From the NCBI RefSeq assembly GCF_009914755.1, contig NC_060926.1: a DNA stretch of 64,000 bases; one strand, given 5' to 3'. This document shows, piece by piece, positions 48,101 through 60,595 of this stretch. The notes under the pieces are model-generated. The model was not told the origin of the DNA, did no database searches, and was given only the letters and a program-made list of their open reading frames with translations. The stretch is from the human T2T-CHM13v2.0 reference genome, Homo sapiens. Positions within the stretch are counted from its first letter, which is position 1. Every line of letters begins with the position of its first letter. A program made the translations under genes and the position numbers.

Positions 48101-49555
48101 TTAAAACTCAGTGCTAAATGTCAATCTTGAAATACCTTTAGTCATTTTACTTGTTGAAATGTAACAGCAAATAATTTCTTGCAGAAGGCAATAGGTAGTG
48201 CTATTTGCTCACAGTGATTATAACTTTTGTTTTTGCCTTCTTAATGTGTAACAGATGTGGAAAGACAGTTTGTCTCACCCCATCCCTGAATGCTGGGTGC
48301 AACATATGGCACTGAATCAGATTACATTGTATGTGACACAGTAAAATACATATCCATGAAAAGAGAATCCATGTTTGCTGCTATTTAAGTATTTGCTACT
48401 TTATTCAGCATGCATCTGACTTTAATTTGGCTAAGAAAATTAAAATCCTAAAGGTGAATAAAATTTTTTAAAGAAATATAAATTTTATCAATCTCAAGGT
48501 TACTGACAAGGATGCATGTATATTAAATTTTTAGTGGCTTTAAAAGTTACTATCTGCAAGAAAACCCTATAGAGAGGCATTAACGAGGTGTCTTTGTACT
48601 ATGGCAACTAGAGTAGAAATGGTTTTGCAGTCTCCTGAGAAACGTGACCATCATGATAAATCACGCCATCCTCCCAAGAGGTCTGCACAGTTTATTAATG
48701 AAGATATTGTAGCTATCAAACTGAAAAACCAAATGTACTTTATTCATGGGCTTTATACCATTAGAAATGTTTAAACAGCTGACAGAAGCCTCATATAGGT
48801 GAGCAAAATCAAACATTGCCACTATAGATGGTAGTGGTAAAACAGTAGGTTGTAAAATGGCACCGAATGGAAGGTGGTTTAAAAAAAAAAAAAACTGCTG
48901 AATCTAAGAATCTGGCCGTGTTTTGTTTATATTAAGCATAAAGTGTGTCAAATTCCTACACAGAAACTGATCATACCCCCTTTACCCAACCCCCACCCCC
49001 CAAAAAAAACTGCAGAAGCTGGAAACATCTGCAGCTTTTATACATCAAAAGAGTTCCTTACTTAACATTGCTTACTGTGCATTGAGAGAGTTGAGGTTTG
49101 TGGATTTGAGATAACGGTTCCTTTAAACCTCTCCTGTAGTCAATTCTTGTCCTTCTTTACAGAGTTAACGTGAGAAAGCCTGAGGAAAACAGGCTGAGGC
49201 ACCAGCACTACTTTCCACCCCTCTGTCCTCAGGCTCAAGTTGAGGCTTACATACCAGGAAGAGAGATTCTCAGGGGCAGTCCATCCACGGTGGCGCTTCA
49301 TTACTCCCCAGTGACACCCAACTCACCTTTTAAGGGTAGGACATCAGCACCTCAAAAGAGATGTCCTTGCCATCTGAGAATATAGCAACAATGGGCAGAT
49401 GGCAAGCCCTTTGGAAGTGGTCTTTTGGAAGCTCAAAAGACTATGCAGTCCTATAGGCAAAGGTGGGAATGTTTTCTTCTGGGGCTGGGGAAATTGTTGG
49501 CTTTGGAGAGTCAATCAGAAGGCAGGAATGTTCCCTTACTCTGTCACCTTTAAAT

Positions 49556-49954
49556 ATAGGGAGATAAATCTCCAAGTAAAGGGTTTATTTGGGAATATAA
49601 GAATTGGAATTGTAATTCTGGGCACACAAACCAGTGTAGCCTCTAGTTGTGTTCAAAGAACAAAGAGAAAGGCTGGGGTTTTATTGGGGAAGAGAGGAAG
49701 GTGATCTAAATGGTTTTGAATGAAAGTTCACTGGAGCCAGGCGCGTCTTGTAGGATCTAGCAAGTTCTGATTGGTGAGTGGCAGCAGCTAGGTAACTTTA
49801 TCTTAAGGTTAGAGTTAGGTCTTCGTGATTTTTCTGTTGAACTGCAAAAATGGTTCCTGGAACAGGGACCTGGGTGCCTTTCCCCATGGCCTCCCGACTC
49901 CATTTTAGTTGGGTATGATATGAGTGACTCCAATTTGTAGAATGAACTTTCACA
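49556..49954 (-). mobile_element. ERV1 LTR (MER31/MER67-like; family uncertain)
   Basis: Reverse complement starts TGTGAAAGTTCATTCTACAAATTGGAGTCACTCATATCATACCCAACTAAAATGGAGTC; it contains CCAAT and AATAAA. Confidence 0.6.
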
Positions 49955-49955
49955 C

Positions 49956-50118
49956 TTTTGTTGTTGTTACAGAGACAGGGTCATGCTCTATCGCCTACGC
50001 TGGAGTACAGTGGCCGCAATCATAGCTTACTGCAGCTTCAACCTCATGGGCTCTAGCCGTCTTCCTTCCTCAGCCTCCCAAGTAGTGGGGATTACAGGTG
50101 CACTCACCACACCCAGCT
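49956..50118 (-). mobile_element. Alu monomer (FLAM/FRAM-like)
   Basis: Single arm; TSD cacactttt on both sides. Confidence 0.88.
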
Positions 50119-50252
50119 CACACTTTTAAAATAGAACATTTAGATAGATGATTATTTACCATTTTAGGAAACTTTTGTTCAGGAATGAATTTCATCCTTG
50201 CTTGATTATCCTTGTAGAAGGAAACATAGCACGATTTTTGCTTCATAAGCAT

Positions 50253-50258
50253 TTTATT
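50253..50258 (-). terminator. Candidate distal polyadenylation signal AATAAA of FRZB
   Basis: tttatt on the + strand about 1.55 kb after the stop; the distance agrees with my recollection of the annotated FRZB 3' end. Confidence 0.6.
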
Positions 50259-50377
50259 TTCAGCACGCCACAGCTTAGAAATTTGGTTCTACTAATAGCA
50301 CACATGTAAATGGCAGAGAATGAAACTTTCAAGTAATTGGCACAGGCTCTAAGGAACTCTGCCAGAGGAAGGAAGTA

Positions 50378-50546
50378 CAGATGCTCCGCCATTTACGATG
50401 GGGTTACATCTGGATAAACCCATTCGAAACTGAAAATATCGTAAGTTGAAATGCATTGGGTTACATCCTGATAAACCCATTGTAAGTCAACAAATTGTTA
50501 AATTGAAGCATTGTAAATTGAATCATTGTAAGCTAGGGACCATCTA
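50378..50546 (+). mobile_element. MER47/Tigger5-like DNA transposon inside the FRZB 3' UTR
   Basis: TA-CAGATGCTCC...GGGACCATCT ends; internal gggttacatc..gataaacccatt occurs twice. Confidence 0.75.
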
Positions 50547-51533
50547 TAAAAGCATCATTTGTTCACCACAGCCCCTGGGATCTCACCACAGCTTGGGTAA
50601 TGAGAAATGTGCAATTGGTTCAAAAGTCGAAATAACCTCTCTCCTGACAACCATAATTCATTTTACTAGACATTTTTCGCTGAGCATTAAGCAGCACAAA
50701 TCCAAATGATAAAGTGCAGGCCAGTTTGCAGGCCTGTATTTTAATCCACCTTGGGTGTGAGTGCAAGGACACACATGTACACAAATACAGACACACACAC
50801 AACAGAAAAAACAAAAACAAAAAAACCTGCATATTTTATCACTCTGTAATCTACAGCATTTTTATGGAGCCATGTACTTTTAAAAACTAACCCTGGTGCA
50901 CGTGCATACATAATCTTTTCCTGGTCAATACGGCAATTCTGATTTATTTTAAAAGAAGAGAAAAAAAAAGACTTTCACCAATGGGTTTATTTAAAAGGAA
51001 GCAAATTAAACAAAACTATGGTGATAACAGCAGATGTCTAGTTATAATTCATTTCTCTAATGCTGATTAATATATTCATGAACAAATCAAATGTATTGCC
51101 AAAAGAAGAATGCTACCATTAACACCCCAGCGGCTACTGGTTTCAGTTGTGCTTCTCAATCAGGCAAAATGTTCTTTCTTAAGCTCCTATTTATTTTACT
51201 TCCTGACAGTCTCAAAAATAATTCATCTTGGGTGTTGTTTCCTCATAAACACTTCCTGGTGCTTGATTGCTTTGCCTATGTGACATTTGACTTCAAACTG
51301 CCATTTTACCTTTATAAACATTTGGAACTTTCTAAGCATGAGGAGAATGCCCAAAAGGCATACAAAAATAAGGCTGTAATTAGATCGGCAGAGTATGTTT
51401 TAAGGCATATCTAGCTTTCTGTGAATACCAGAAACCTCTCTTTTCATCCAATATTGCATTCCCAATTGGGGTGCAGAAAGTAAATTAACATCTGGAGACT
51501 CCAGCAAAGAGGCTCTGGTAACAGCATGTTTAA

Positions 51534-51539
51534 TTTATT
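51534..51539 (-). terminator. Candidate proximal polyadenylation signal AATAAA of FRZB
   Basis: tttatt on the + strand about 270 nt after the stop. Confidence 0.45.
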
Positions 51540-51808
51540 ATTATTGCAAAAGAACAGTTTTTCTCATGATTAGTGAAATAGAAAACTCACAATATACTTA
51601 AGAGTCTGCCCCCAAACCATTACAAAGGGGTTGAGAGAAGAGAGAAGCAGAAACCAAAAGAGAAACAGAAGTAATAATCAGTTATCACATGATTTTTATA
51701 GTAAACAATAGAATATGATGTGCAATAGTGCAATTTTCCTTTGCTAGTCCAGCAATGCAAGTAAGTCTTAATAGGAAGTCCACTGTGTTACTTTTTGTAT
51801 TTCGGGAT

Positions 51809-51925
51809 TTAGTTGCCTGCTTGCCGGGGGTTCGAGTTCCTGCCAGACTTCTGACTCTGAGTGGAATCACTATTGCTAGAATCACTTTTACTGAGTCCAA
51901 GATGACGAAGCTTCATATCCCAGCG
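51809..51925 (-). CDS. FRZB: FRZB exon 6 coding part: [38 protein letters not shown]
   Basis: Acceptor tttcacag|CGC TGG GAT ATG, stop TAA at 51809-51811, 117 nt. Consistent with the 325-aa FRZB protein. Confidence 0.96.
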   Translation of the reverse strand, partial: RWDMKLRHLGLSKSDSSNSDSTQSQKSGRNSNPRQAGN

Positions 51926-52637
51926 CTGTGAAATTTAAAATAGAAAATAGTCACAAGCACATATCACCAGGGTCATTATTTCCATGATTCTAACAACTGG
52001 GTCAGACTGCAAGTTCAGATCTCTGAAGCATTTTGCTACTTTTCCAAAAGTATCAATCTATTTCCCAGGGTAACAAGAAAACTGATGCAATATGAACATT
52101 ATTCTCTGACTTTAACAAGCGCAACATCTATAATGTATTTAGTAATGCTTTCTTATCAAACCTTAAACTTAAAATGTCCATGTCTATAAATGATGACAGA
52201 AATATCTCCCTATATCTCTGGGTATTTCCTGAGGTAACATACAGGAGGCTAGTGCTTCACAGATACTCAACAAATGGAAGATTTACACACAGAATTTGAA
52301 GGGAAGGCTATTTTTCAACATCCTCTCTTAATACACATAAGAACATAGCCTTTTAAAGTCTATGTGATTTGAGCAGTGAAAAAAAAATGGAAATTTTTTT
52401 GAGGGATGGGGGGGTCTCAAAAATATTTTTCTAAGTAATATCCACTAAGTACAATGAATAAAACAGACAAGGTCCTGCCCTCGTTCTAAGTGTTACAAAG
52501 CAGGTATTAGCAATGTTTTTAATAAACAAATCAAGTTTAGTAATATTTCATATTAACAATGTCAATAATATTTTCATGTAATTTAAGTTAAATGGAAGTT
52601 ATATTACATGAGGATAGGTAGGGAATACGAACTACAG

Positions 52638-53000
52638 CTGTACTTCCCAAACTTCAAACACGGATATCATATGGGGAATTTGTTAAAATTGCAAATTCTC
52701 ATTTAGCAGGTCTGAGACAGGGCCGAAGATTTTCATTACTAACAAGCTCCCAGGTGATACCTATGTTGCTGATCCAGGGACCACACTTTAAAGAGCAAGC
52801 ACCATCAGATCCTTGGGTCAGATGGCCCAAGTTCAAATTCTAACTCCACCACTTACTGTGTGAAGTTTCTTGAACTTACTAGACCTCATTTTCATCATGT
52901 ATATGTTGGAACTGATAATAGAATCTACTTATAAGTAGATACATCTGAAGATTAATAAAAATATAAAGTGCTTAGCACATAGTAAATGTGTTATTGTTTT
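52638..53000. mobile_element. MER5A followed by MIR (FRZB intron 5)
   Basis: ttgttaaaattgcaaattctc...ctaacaagctcccaggtgat...gggaccacacttt, then caagttcaaattctaactccaccacttact...gtgcttagcacatagtaaa. Confidence 0.7.
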
Positions 53001-54479
53001 TCTGTTACTGAAGGTAATTCTTCATTTCAGTATTTTTTACTCCACAATCTTGTCTTCATATTTTAAAAACAGTCTGATTCTCAACTTCCCAAGGAAGTCC
53101 AAACATCTTGAATCGTCTGCTATAAGAGACTTAGGTAAACAACCATTTGCATGAAAAAAACATAATAATGTTTCTTATAAAATTATTGATTCATCCACTG
53201 AGAGCAAAACTCAGCTAAGAGCAAATCTGATTGAAAAAATAACATCCTCCATAAAACTCTTTTTACACATCTTCAAATTGACTGGAAAACTAAAATAGGA
53301 ATCTCAATAATTCTGGCCAAAGGAGATTTTCTACCCAAACTCTTTAGCCCTCAATATCTGCATATGAATTTAAAATTGTTCAAATTATTGGTTTCTTTCC
53401 TTTAGAATATTTAAATCCAGACTGAGAATATAAATGACTTTACAATAATAACTCTGCAAGTCCCCTGCGGAAAACAATGGGAAATATTGCAGAAAGCAAT
53501 GGGAAACAGGACAAACAAGCCATGTGTCCTGTCAACAACACAATGATATTGTTTTGGTACCAAAAGAGGAGCAGTAAGCCTTGTTACATGCTTCGCAGCA
53601 GGGATATTGAAAGCTTTTCCAACTGGTACAGGAATTTAGGACAAATTCCAGTTCTGCATTAGCAAGCAGAAAACCAAATTAAAGACAGTAAGAGATTCCA
53701 ACATACTGAACAAGAGCCACTTTTTTCTTTAATAAACACCAAACTAATTGAAGAGAGATGCAGAGAGAATGCCCGCAAGTCTGAACTTGAAATGCATCTC
53801 CCTTTTGACAAATCTACTGAAGGGGAGAAGAACTTACTGGAGGGTAGTTTCTCCTTACAAAATAATGCCCTCTACATTTTTGTAGGTCACTTAAACCCAA
53901 ACGTGTCTGCCGTGTCAAGTGCCAGATGTATAAGATAAACCGCCCAGGGGTGTTTAACTTACCATGTAAATGTTTCCCAAGCCTTCAAACTTGCAGAAGG
54001 AAGAGGATGTATTATGTTTGGTACAGTTCCCACTCCCCCCACCCACCCACACATCCTTTGAGATTTTTTTGTCCCCCCATGCATTCCCCCACCCCATTCT
54101 TTTCTTTAAAACAGATTTGCTTAGTGCAGTAAGAAGAAACAAAACCTTCTATAATACAGTACTGTACTATGTGATTTTAAAAAATGTATCAATTCCACAA
54201 TCTAAGAGTTATTTGGCTTAAAAATAAGGCTACATTACTGCTCTAAGGACCTAATTTATTCAGATCTCTTCTATACAGATGAATGTAGCTACACTTTGTA
54301 CATAGGAATTGCTGTTTATTCATCGGACATCATTGTTTATTTTCCTTCCCATCATTTATTCTCCCCTTCTCACAAACTGCAGTTTGTTCAAAGAAGCAAT
54401 ATCCCCAGGTTTAAAAAGACTACATTTTCTAGCCTGTTTTGCAGCTAAGTAAAAACTGCTTGATGAGGCTCTTGGAAAT

Positions 54480-54700
54480 CCCTTTTACCTCCTCTTTTTC
54501 CTGCCTGAAATGTACATGTGATACTAGAGGCAGAGCAGCCATCTTGTGACCTCCAGGTGAACATGAGTATGAAAGCGATGCCTTTAAAAATGGTAGAGTG
54601 ATAAGCTAGAAGGAGCCTGACAACATGAAACCACCCTACCAGGACTGGACTACAGCTAGACTCCTTGTGAAGAGACATTAGGGCAACTGTAGTTAGATCT
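54480..54700 (+). mobile_element. Old MLT1-type MaLR LTR fragment
   Basis: gcagccatcttgtgacc...agctagaaggagcctg...taccaggactggactac. Confidence 0.55.
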
Positions 54701-54906
54701 TTGATACACATACAGGGAACTCATTCCTTAAATAAAATAGACATTAAAGACAAATTCAGCTCTTGGAGTATATAAATATATGCATACTAAATTTTAATAT
54801 TTCTCATATGGTTGAAGGCAGCTATTTCATTTCAATGACAGATGGCTGGTTTTCTACTTTTGTTTTGTTTTCTGTGTATTACTTCAAACATAAAATACAG
54901 GCTTAC

Positions 54907-54970
54907 CTTAACTTTTTTACCGAGTCGATCCTTCCACTTCTCAGCTATAGAGCCTTCCACCAAGAGTAAT
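54907..54970 (-). CDS. FRZB: FRZB exon 5 (64 nt): (R)[21 protein letters not shown]
   Basis: Minus strand aaatacag|A TTA CTC TTG GTG GAA GGC...GTT AAG|gtaagc. In frame with exons 4 and 6. Confidence 0.96.
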
Positions 54971-55367
54971 CTGTATTTTTGAAAGAAGCAAACATTTTTG
55001 AAAAATTAAAACCTGTTACTGAAAAGTACAAGGAAACAGTACTTGAACAAGAAAGACTTATATGTTTATTCTTGAATAGGACAGCTAAGATTTAGAACAG
55101 TAATTATTAACCATTTGTAAGTCACAGACCCCTTTAAGAAACAAATGAAGTTATGGCCCCTCTCCCAAGAAAAATGTAAACCTATAAACTACACGCATAC
55201 ACCCATTCCATATATGAAATCAAGAAACCCAACTAAAACTTATCTGTAATCCCCAAGAAGGTAGACAGATCCCAATGTAAAAATGCGAGGGTAGCATCTC
55301 TAGAGACAAATTTAATGAGAGTAGGATAAGCAAAGTAGTTATTCTGTATCCTTAAAGAGTGAATTAC

Positions 55368-55572
55368 CTGGAACGTTCCTCATCTTCATAGCCCATGATG
55401 ATATATTCCTCATTAACATTAAGTGGAGGGCAGAGGCAGCCAGAGCTGGTATAGAGGTTGACAGTGTCCCGTGGAATGTTTACCAGAGAGGACTTTAGAA
55501 TCTCCTTCACCTCCACTACTGCAGTCACATCATGGCACTTAGTCTTTATCTCTTTAACTTTAGCCCGAATGA
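55368..55572 (-). CDS. FRZB: FRZB exon 4 (205 nt): [68 protein letters not shown](R)
   Basis: Lies within track ORF 55364..55642(-). Acceptor tttatcccag|TC, donor TCC AG|gtaatt. The peptide is the FRZB NTR domain; Arg200 codon CGG is at 55565-55567. Confidence 0.97.
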
Positions 55573-56153
55573 CTGGGATAAAAGACAAGAAAAGCTGATA
55601 ATAATATGACACATAATAGCTACCCCATTCAAAAAAAGCCAAAGTAGGCTTCTCTTTAGTTAATTCTTATCCACTTGATATTCAACGAATGGAACAGAAA
55701 AGTCAGCCAGATATTTTTGCCTTAGACTGTAGTGTGTGACATAAAACAACACACCTGACCTAATGCTCAGCCCTGCTCTCTTTCCAATTTGTGGCTGTGT
55801 ATATATTTGCATGTATTTATGCATGTGTGTGCATGTGCTTTTGAGAAATCCATTTAGAGAATCAAAGATTGAGTCAACAATCTGATACAATTTTTCTCTA
55901 AAATTCCATTTTGGATGTGTATATATGCATGTGCAGTTCCAATTGCTGCCAAGAGGAATTTAAACTATGTTAATTTTACTATATGAAAAGACCTAATACT
56001 TAAATATGCTTTATTCCTTGTCGACACTGTTTTATCAGGTCCATTAACAGGTTTTCTCAAGTAGTGGGCCTCTGTAATGTTATAAAATTGTCCTGCTCAG
56101 TAGTGTTCCCAAACTGGTTCTGCAATCTTTTCACCTTCCTCATCTTGGCTCAC

Positions 56154-56325
56154 TGTTCAGATATTAGCTCCTTTCTTTCTTTGTGGTCAGTACAGATTAT
56201 CTTTTATATTCTCCTTTAGGTGGGCTACATTTTCTTCTTTGTTCGGATATTAGGTCCTTTTTTCCTTTGTGTTCAGTACAGATTATCTTTTATATTCTCC
56301 TCTAAGTGGGCTATATTTACTTCTT
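56154..56325. repeat. Two-copy 86-bp tandem duplication in FRZB intron 3
   Basis: tcagtacagattatcttttatattctcct is repeated exactly 86 bp apart (gattat at 56195 and 56281), and the flanks also align. Confidence 0.92.
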
Positions 56326-59300
56326 GAATAAAAATGGTCACCACTAGATCTTATTTCCTCCATCTGCATTGAAGTCAGACACTCCAACATTCCTTTCCCT
56401 CACGTGCTATGGAATATATTCTCACGTGTCAATGGCATTATTCTACCTCTCTCAATGGATATATTGGCACCCAATTTATCTCACAAGACTTGCTTTACTT
56501 ATCAATGTAACAACAAATTGCCTTCAGTTGCAAAGTTAAAGTATGTGACTCAGAATCTAGAAAGTACAGATCTGCTTCTTTTCTGTATCTCTCCCCTTTA
56601 AAAGAGTCAAGTTGTTCAGATTCCTGCTTCTAGTAAATGAGCTTTTAAAAAGAGAAGTTTTAAAACACCAAGAAAGAAGTAAAAATATCAGTAAAAAGCC
56701 AGTGGCATTTCTCCCAGTACCCTCATTGCTCCAGTTCACTATCCATGGACATTATATAGAGGAAAACACCGTTTATCCAAATGAGTCAACATTTCAAAAA
56801 CTTCTTAGGCACACAATTGCAAACCACTTTAATCTGAGTACTTTCCCACATATTTTAGAGATTTTGGACTATAAAGGATTAGAAGAAAGTAATCCTTGAA
56901 AAATATAAAACCAGCTAATCAACCATTCCCCCCATTAATGTTCCAATTTCGTCACAAAAACTTATTCTACCAGTACAACACACATGACAGAAATTAGTTA
57001 CTAAGGAATTCTAAAAGCTTCACATTTCAGTCTTCCGAGAATTAGTTGCCTCAAGTATGAGAACGTGTAGCAAACAAACTGTAACTACCCAACTGTCCTC
57101 GCTTGGTTTGACTGGCAAGTGGAGCCTCTTTCTATTCATGTTCTCCCTATTCTGTATTTAACAAAAGATAAGATTGCCCTTTTTGAAATGCCATTTGGCA
57201 GAATCAGATGAGAAATTCACAACCCCAGCTAGCAGGCATTTTTGTGTGTCCTGGCTTAAGTGAACGTGCTTCATAGCATCCATCAACTATTAGAGATTAG
57301 TGAACTGTGCAAATGTTCTCAAACTAATGATTTATTTACCCAGTGTCTACTATTTTCATTAGAAATGTTTAGCACATGTACCCACTCCAAAATAAATATC
57401 TTTCTACAAGACCTACTTTTTCACTCAAGTAATTTGGTTAACACTTAAGGAGTTTTTCCCAGAATTAATCTAAATGAAGTAGAGGTTTTGTCTGAATTTC
57501 CAACTGCTCCCACCTTGACATGCAGATATAGAAGATAAAAATATTTTGGAAGTAAAATATACTTCCTTTTCAGAGTTCTTCCTTCTATTTAACCATTTGA
57601 GTGCCTCCCTTCCCCAAAGAAACTGTAAGAAATCCCAGACAAATGGCAATCCTGAAACTATGATCAACTTAGCTATTACTTGGCTACAAAAAAGAAATTA
57701 TCTGCTCCTTTCCATTAATTATAATCCATATCCCATTTTATTATGATATTCATTCAGCTACTTTCTCTAAGACCTTCACTTTCCATGACTTGTCATTCAA
57801 TTTTTAACAAAAATAACAGCAACAACCATTGAAGCACTACAGAAGCTAGATAAAATAAAACTTGATAATAGGATACATAAATTAAATATAAATAATTACA
57901 TTTCCCTGATATAAAATTGATATGTTTTTATTCTTAGTGTTACAGTATATAAAAGTTCAGAAAGCATTTTTCAATCTTAACAAGCTAATCTCCTAGAAAT
58001 TAAGGGCTCCCTTTTCCCTAGGCTTCTTCACATCAATCTGTAAAGAAGCGGGTTCTTAGATAAGCAGCCAGGCATTTGACTTCTTACATAAACATAAGCT
58101 TACAAACTTAGAAAGAGCATCCATCATTGACTAAGAAAAGCTACAATCCTCTTAAGAGGAGTAGCAGGCAAAACATAGAAATTAATTCCATTGAAGAAAA
58201 ATTTGGGAAACAAGGTGGATTTGTTTTAAAGAGATTTAACTAAACCCAAAATTTTCAACTTTATATTTTTTAATACACTGCATTTTGAAAGATATTGAAG
58301 CTAACTTTTACAGTCTTATTCATTTCTCTCCTTTCAATTCCCAAAAGTATAGAAGAAATAAATCTGCTGTATATATCCTATATACTTTAAAATAGCGTAC
58401 ATAAATGTAATAATAAAACTCTTATTTTAATAAGGTTCACTGTAAAAGTCTGTTTAATCTCCATGTTTACTCATTGACTCAACATCAATAGTCTTATGCA
58501 GAGATAGTAACATACCTTTTATTAATACCATAGATATTAGAAAAAATCAAAATGCATATGGAATACAGTAAATATCAGTCCCTTATGTGTCAACGGGAAA
58601 GCTCTGTTAATTGCCCTTTCTAAATATAATGACTGTATAAATGAATTTATGACTCTAAAATATACACCAGCATCCAAAGTACATTGTGAACAATCAAAGA
58701 AGGGACTACTTAGGTTCGATAATCATTGATAAAATCAAGATGTTAATATATCTCATGGGGCAGCTGAGAAAATTAAAGATAATGTATGGAAATCACTTAG
58801 CACAGTCCCTGATGCAAAAATGGCAGGCTTTTTAATCCTTCAGTTAAGTTTGTCAGCTACATTTGGATTGGTGGCTCTTCAATTAATATTTAGTTTATTA
58901 GAATGTCGGATTTTAAGTCAAGCTAGATAACAACACATTTCCTTCGCTGAATACCAGCAACTTCTACAAGTGTTACTTTCCAAATCTGTCAGTGTTTTTC
59001 ATGGGATAGACTGACTGAAGAAGTCAAGTTTGAGTCTTTTAACAGTTCCTTATGCATCAAAGTGCTCTGCTGTTCACTCAGTGAAACACAACTGATGGCC
59101 TATGCAACCCAACTTGAGCTCAAATCCTCCTTCAGCCTCCAGGCAGGGAAGAGTCCCATGTATCTTGATACTTATCTCTGTGTACTTAAGTGCATGGCTC
59201 TAGGATGACAATACTGCTTGATGTGCTTCAACATCAACCAAGTGTTAAGCATTTTGCCCGTGTGAGACATTTTAATTGGTCGGGGCAGAGGGACTATGCT

Positions 59301-59436
59301 CCTAAAAATAGTCCTTCTGTTTTTAAGCCTTATTCTTAAATGGCTCCACTCGTTTACATGTGCACATCCTCATAGGTGCATCCACACACCTCTCTTAACA
59401 CAGCAGTTTATACATCAACCATGAAATTTTCCTTAC

Positions 59437-59502
59437 CATAGTTGTAATTGTTCCGGAAATAGGTCTTCTGTGTAGCTCTAATAGGCTTACATTTACAGCG
59501 TT
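59437..59502 (-). CDS. FRZB: FRZB exon 3 (66 nt): (E)[21 protein letters not shown](V)
   Basis: Minus strand reads tttttcag|AA CGC TGT AAA TGT AAG CCT ATT AGA...AAC TAT G|gtaagg. The translation matches the start of the FRZB NTR domain, and the phase joins exon 4. Confidence 0.96.
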
Positions 59503-60595
59503 CTGAAAAACACATTTTAGTTATAAGCACATTTCCAATATTAGCTTTCTTTTGTTTTGCTCAGACTCACATTTTTTGCTCAGACTAGATCTCAATTTGG
59601 TGGTGAGAAGGCTCTTGTCAATTCTGTGTGTCTGAATTTTTTCTCCTGGAACTACATTCATGTTTATTCTATCTACATGTCCTCTTATTCAATGTCAGTA
59701 TGCTCATGAGAACGAGTTTCCATTCTCAACAAACCACCCAAATCCTGAGGAAATGCTGTTCACCCCCATGCATGAGAAGAGCATGACCCCTTAATCCTGA
59801 AAGAGGTATGCTTTATGCTTATGGAAGTATTAATATTATGAATACCAACTGGGAGGCAATTTTCTGCCTATGCTCAGGTAGCTGGTTTGCCCTGTGGACT
59901 ATCACCTAATGTTTTTTTACTTTTAACAGATGACACAGTACTCCTCCTACTATTAGCTCCTAGATCTGAAAGCAACTCAAAGAGATAAGCAAGTGTTATT
60001 ACAACCCAGTGAACTTGGTGAAGTTCTTAAGAGGGGCAGTGAGCCCCTTCTATAGGTAAAATAGCTACCATTCAACTCAATGGTATTTTTGTGCTTGTTG
60101 GAGGAAATTATGCAGGTATTTTGAAAAGAGAAATTTCATTTTTTAACAATATTTGGTGAGTAGTGACCAGAATGCATATTTTATGTATATATTAGGTTGG
60201 TACAAAAGGAGTTGTGGTTTTGGCCATCATAATAATAACAATTCTAATTATCTCAAAATGTTTCATCTATAGGGTAGATTCATTTGACACCTTGAAGAGT
60301 AGATTATTATACCTTTTATAGAAGAGCTACAAAGCTAATATTACTTAGCTAAGAAATATACATCATAAGCATGGCAAATTGTCAGGAATTAATGTCAATA
60401 TAAAAGTAGAAAATAATACACAATTACCTTAAAATATTTAATTATATGTAAAGATTTCTTTAAATAATGCCCCTGAGAAAGCTTTAGTAAAAATTAAATG
60501 GTATGTGCTTCTCTTTTGACACAGAAAGGAAATAAGAACACATAAATTAGAGAAAGGACATCAACAAAAAAAGTTTCACTTAAAAGGCATTTTAT

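Larger units (their letters stand above)
50235..51808 (-). other. FRZB: FRZB 3' UTR (distal end approximate)
   Basis: Follows the stop codon. Minus-strand AATAAA hexamers at 51534-51539, 50986-50991 and 50253-50258. Confidence 0.7.

Noticed and set aside
50401-50482. Direct repeat gggttacatc..gataaacccatt as a novel repeat unit
   Set aside because: It is an internal sub-terminal repeat of the MER47/Tigger5-like element.
51685-51931. Overlapping ORFs 51685..51900(-) and 51728..51931(+)
   Set aside because: Alternative-frame and antisense shadows of FRZB exon 6, with no independent support.
55573-55642. N-terminal part of track ORF 55364..55642 as a standalone 92-aa gene
   Set aside because: Only 55368-55572 is FRZB exon 4; the rest is the intronic polypyrimidine tract read in frame.
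59453-59455. CGG codon in exon 3 as the R200W site
   Set aside because: Counting codons puts residue 200 in exon 4 (55565-55567); this Arg is earlier.
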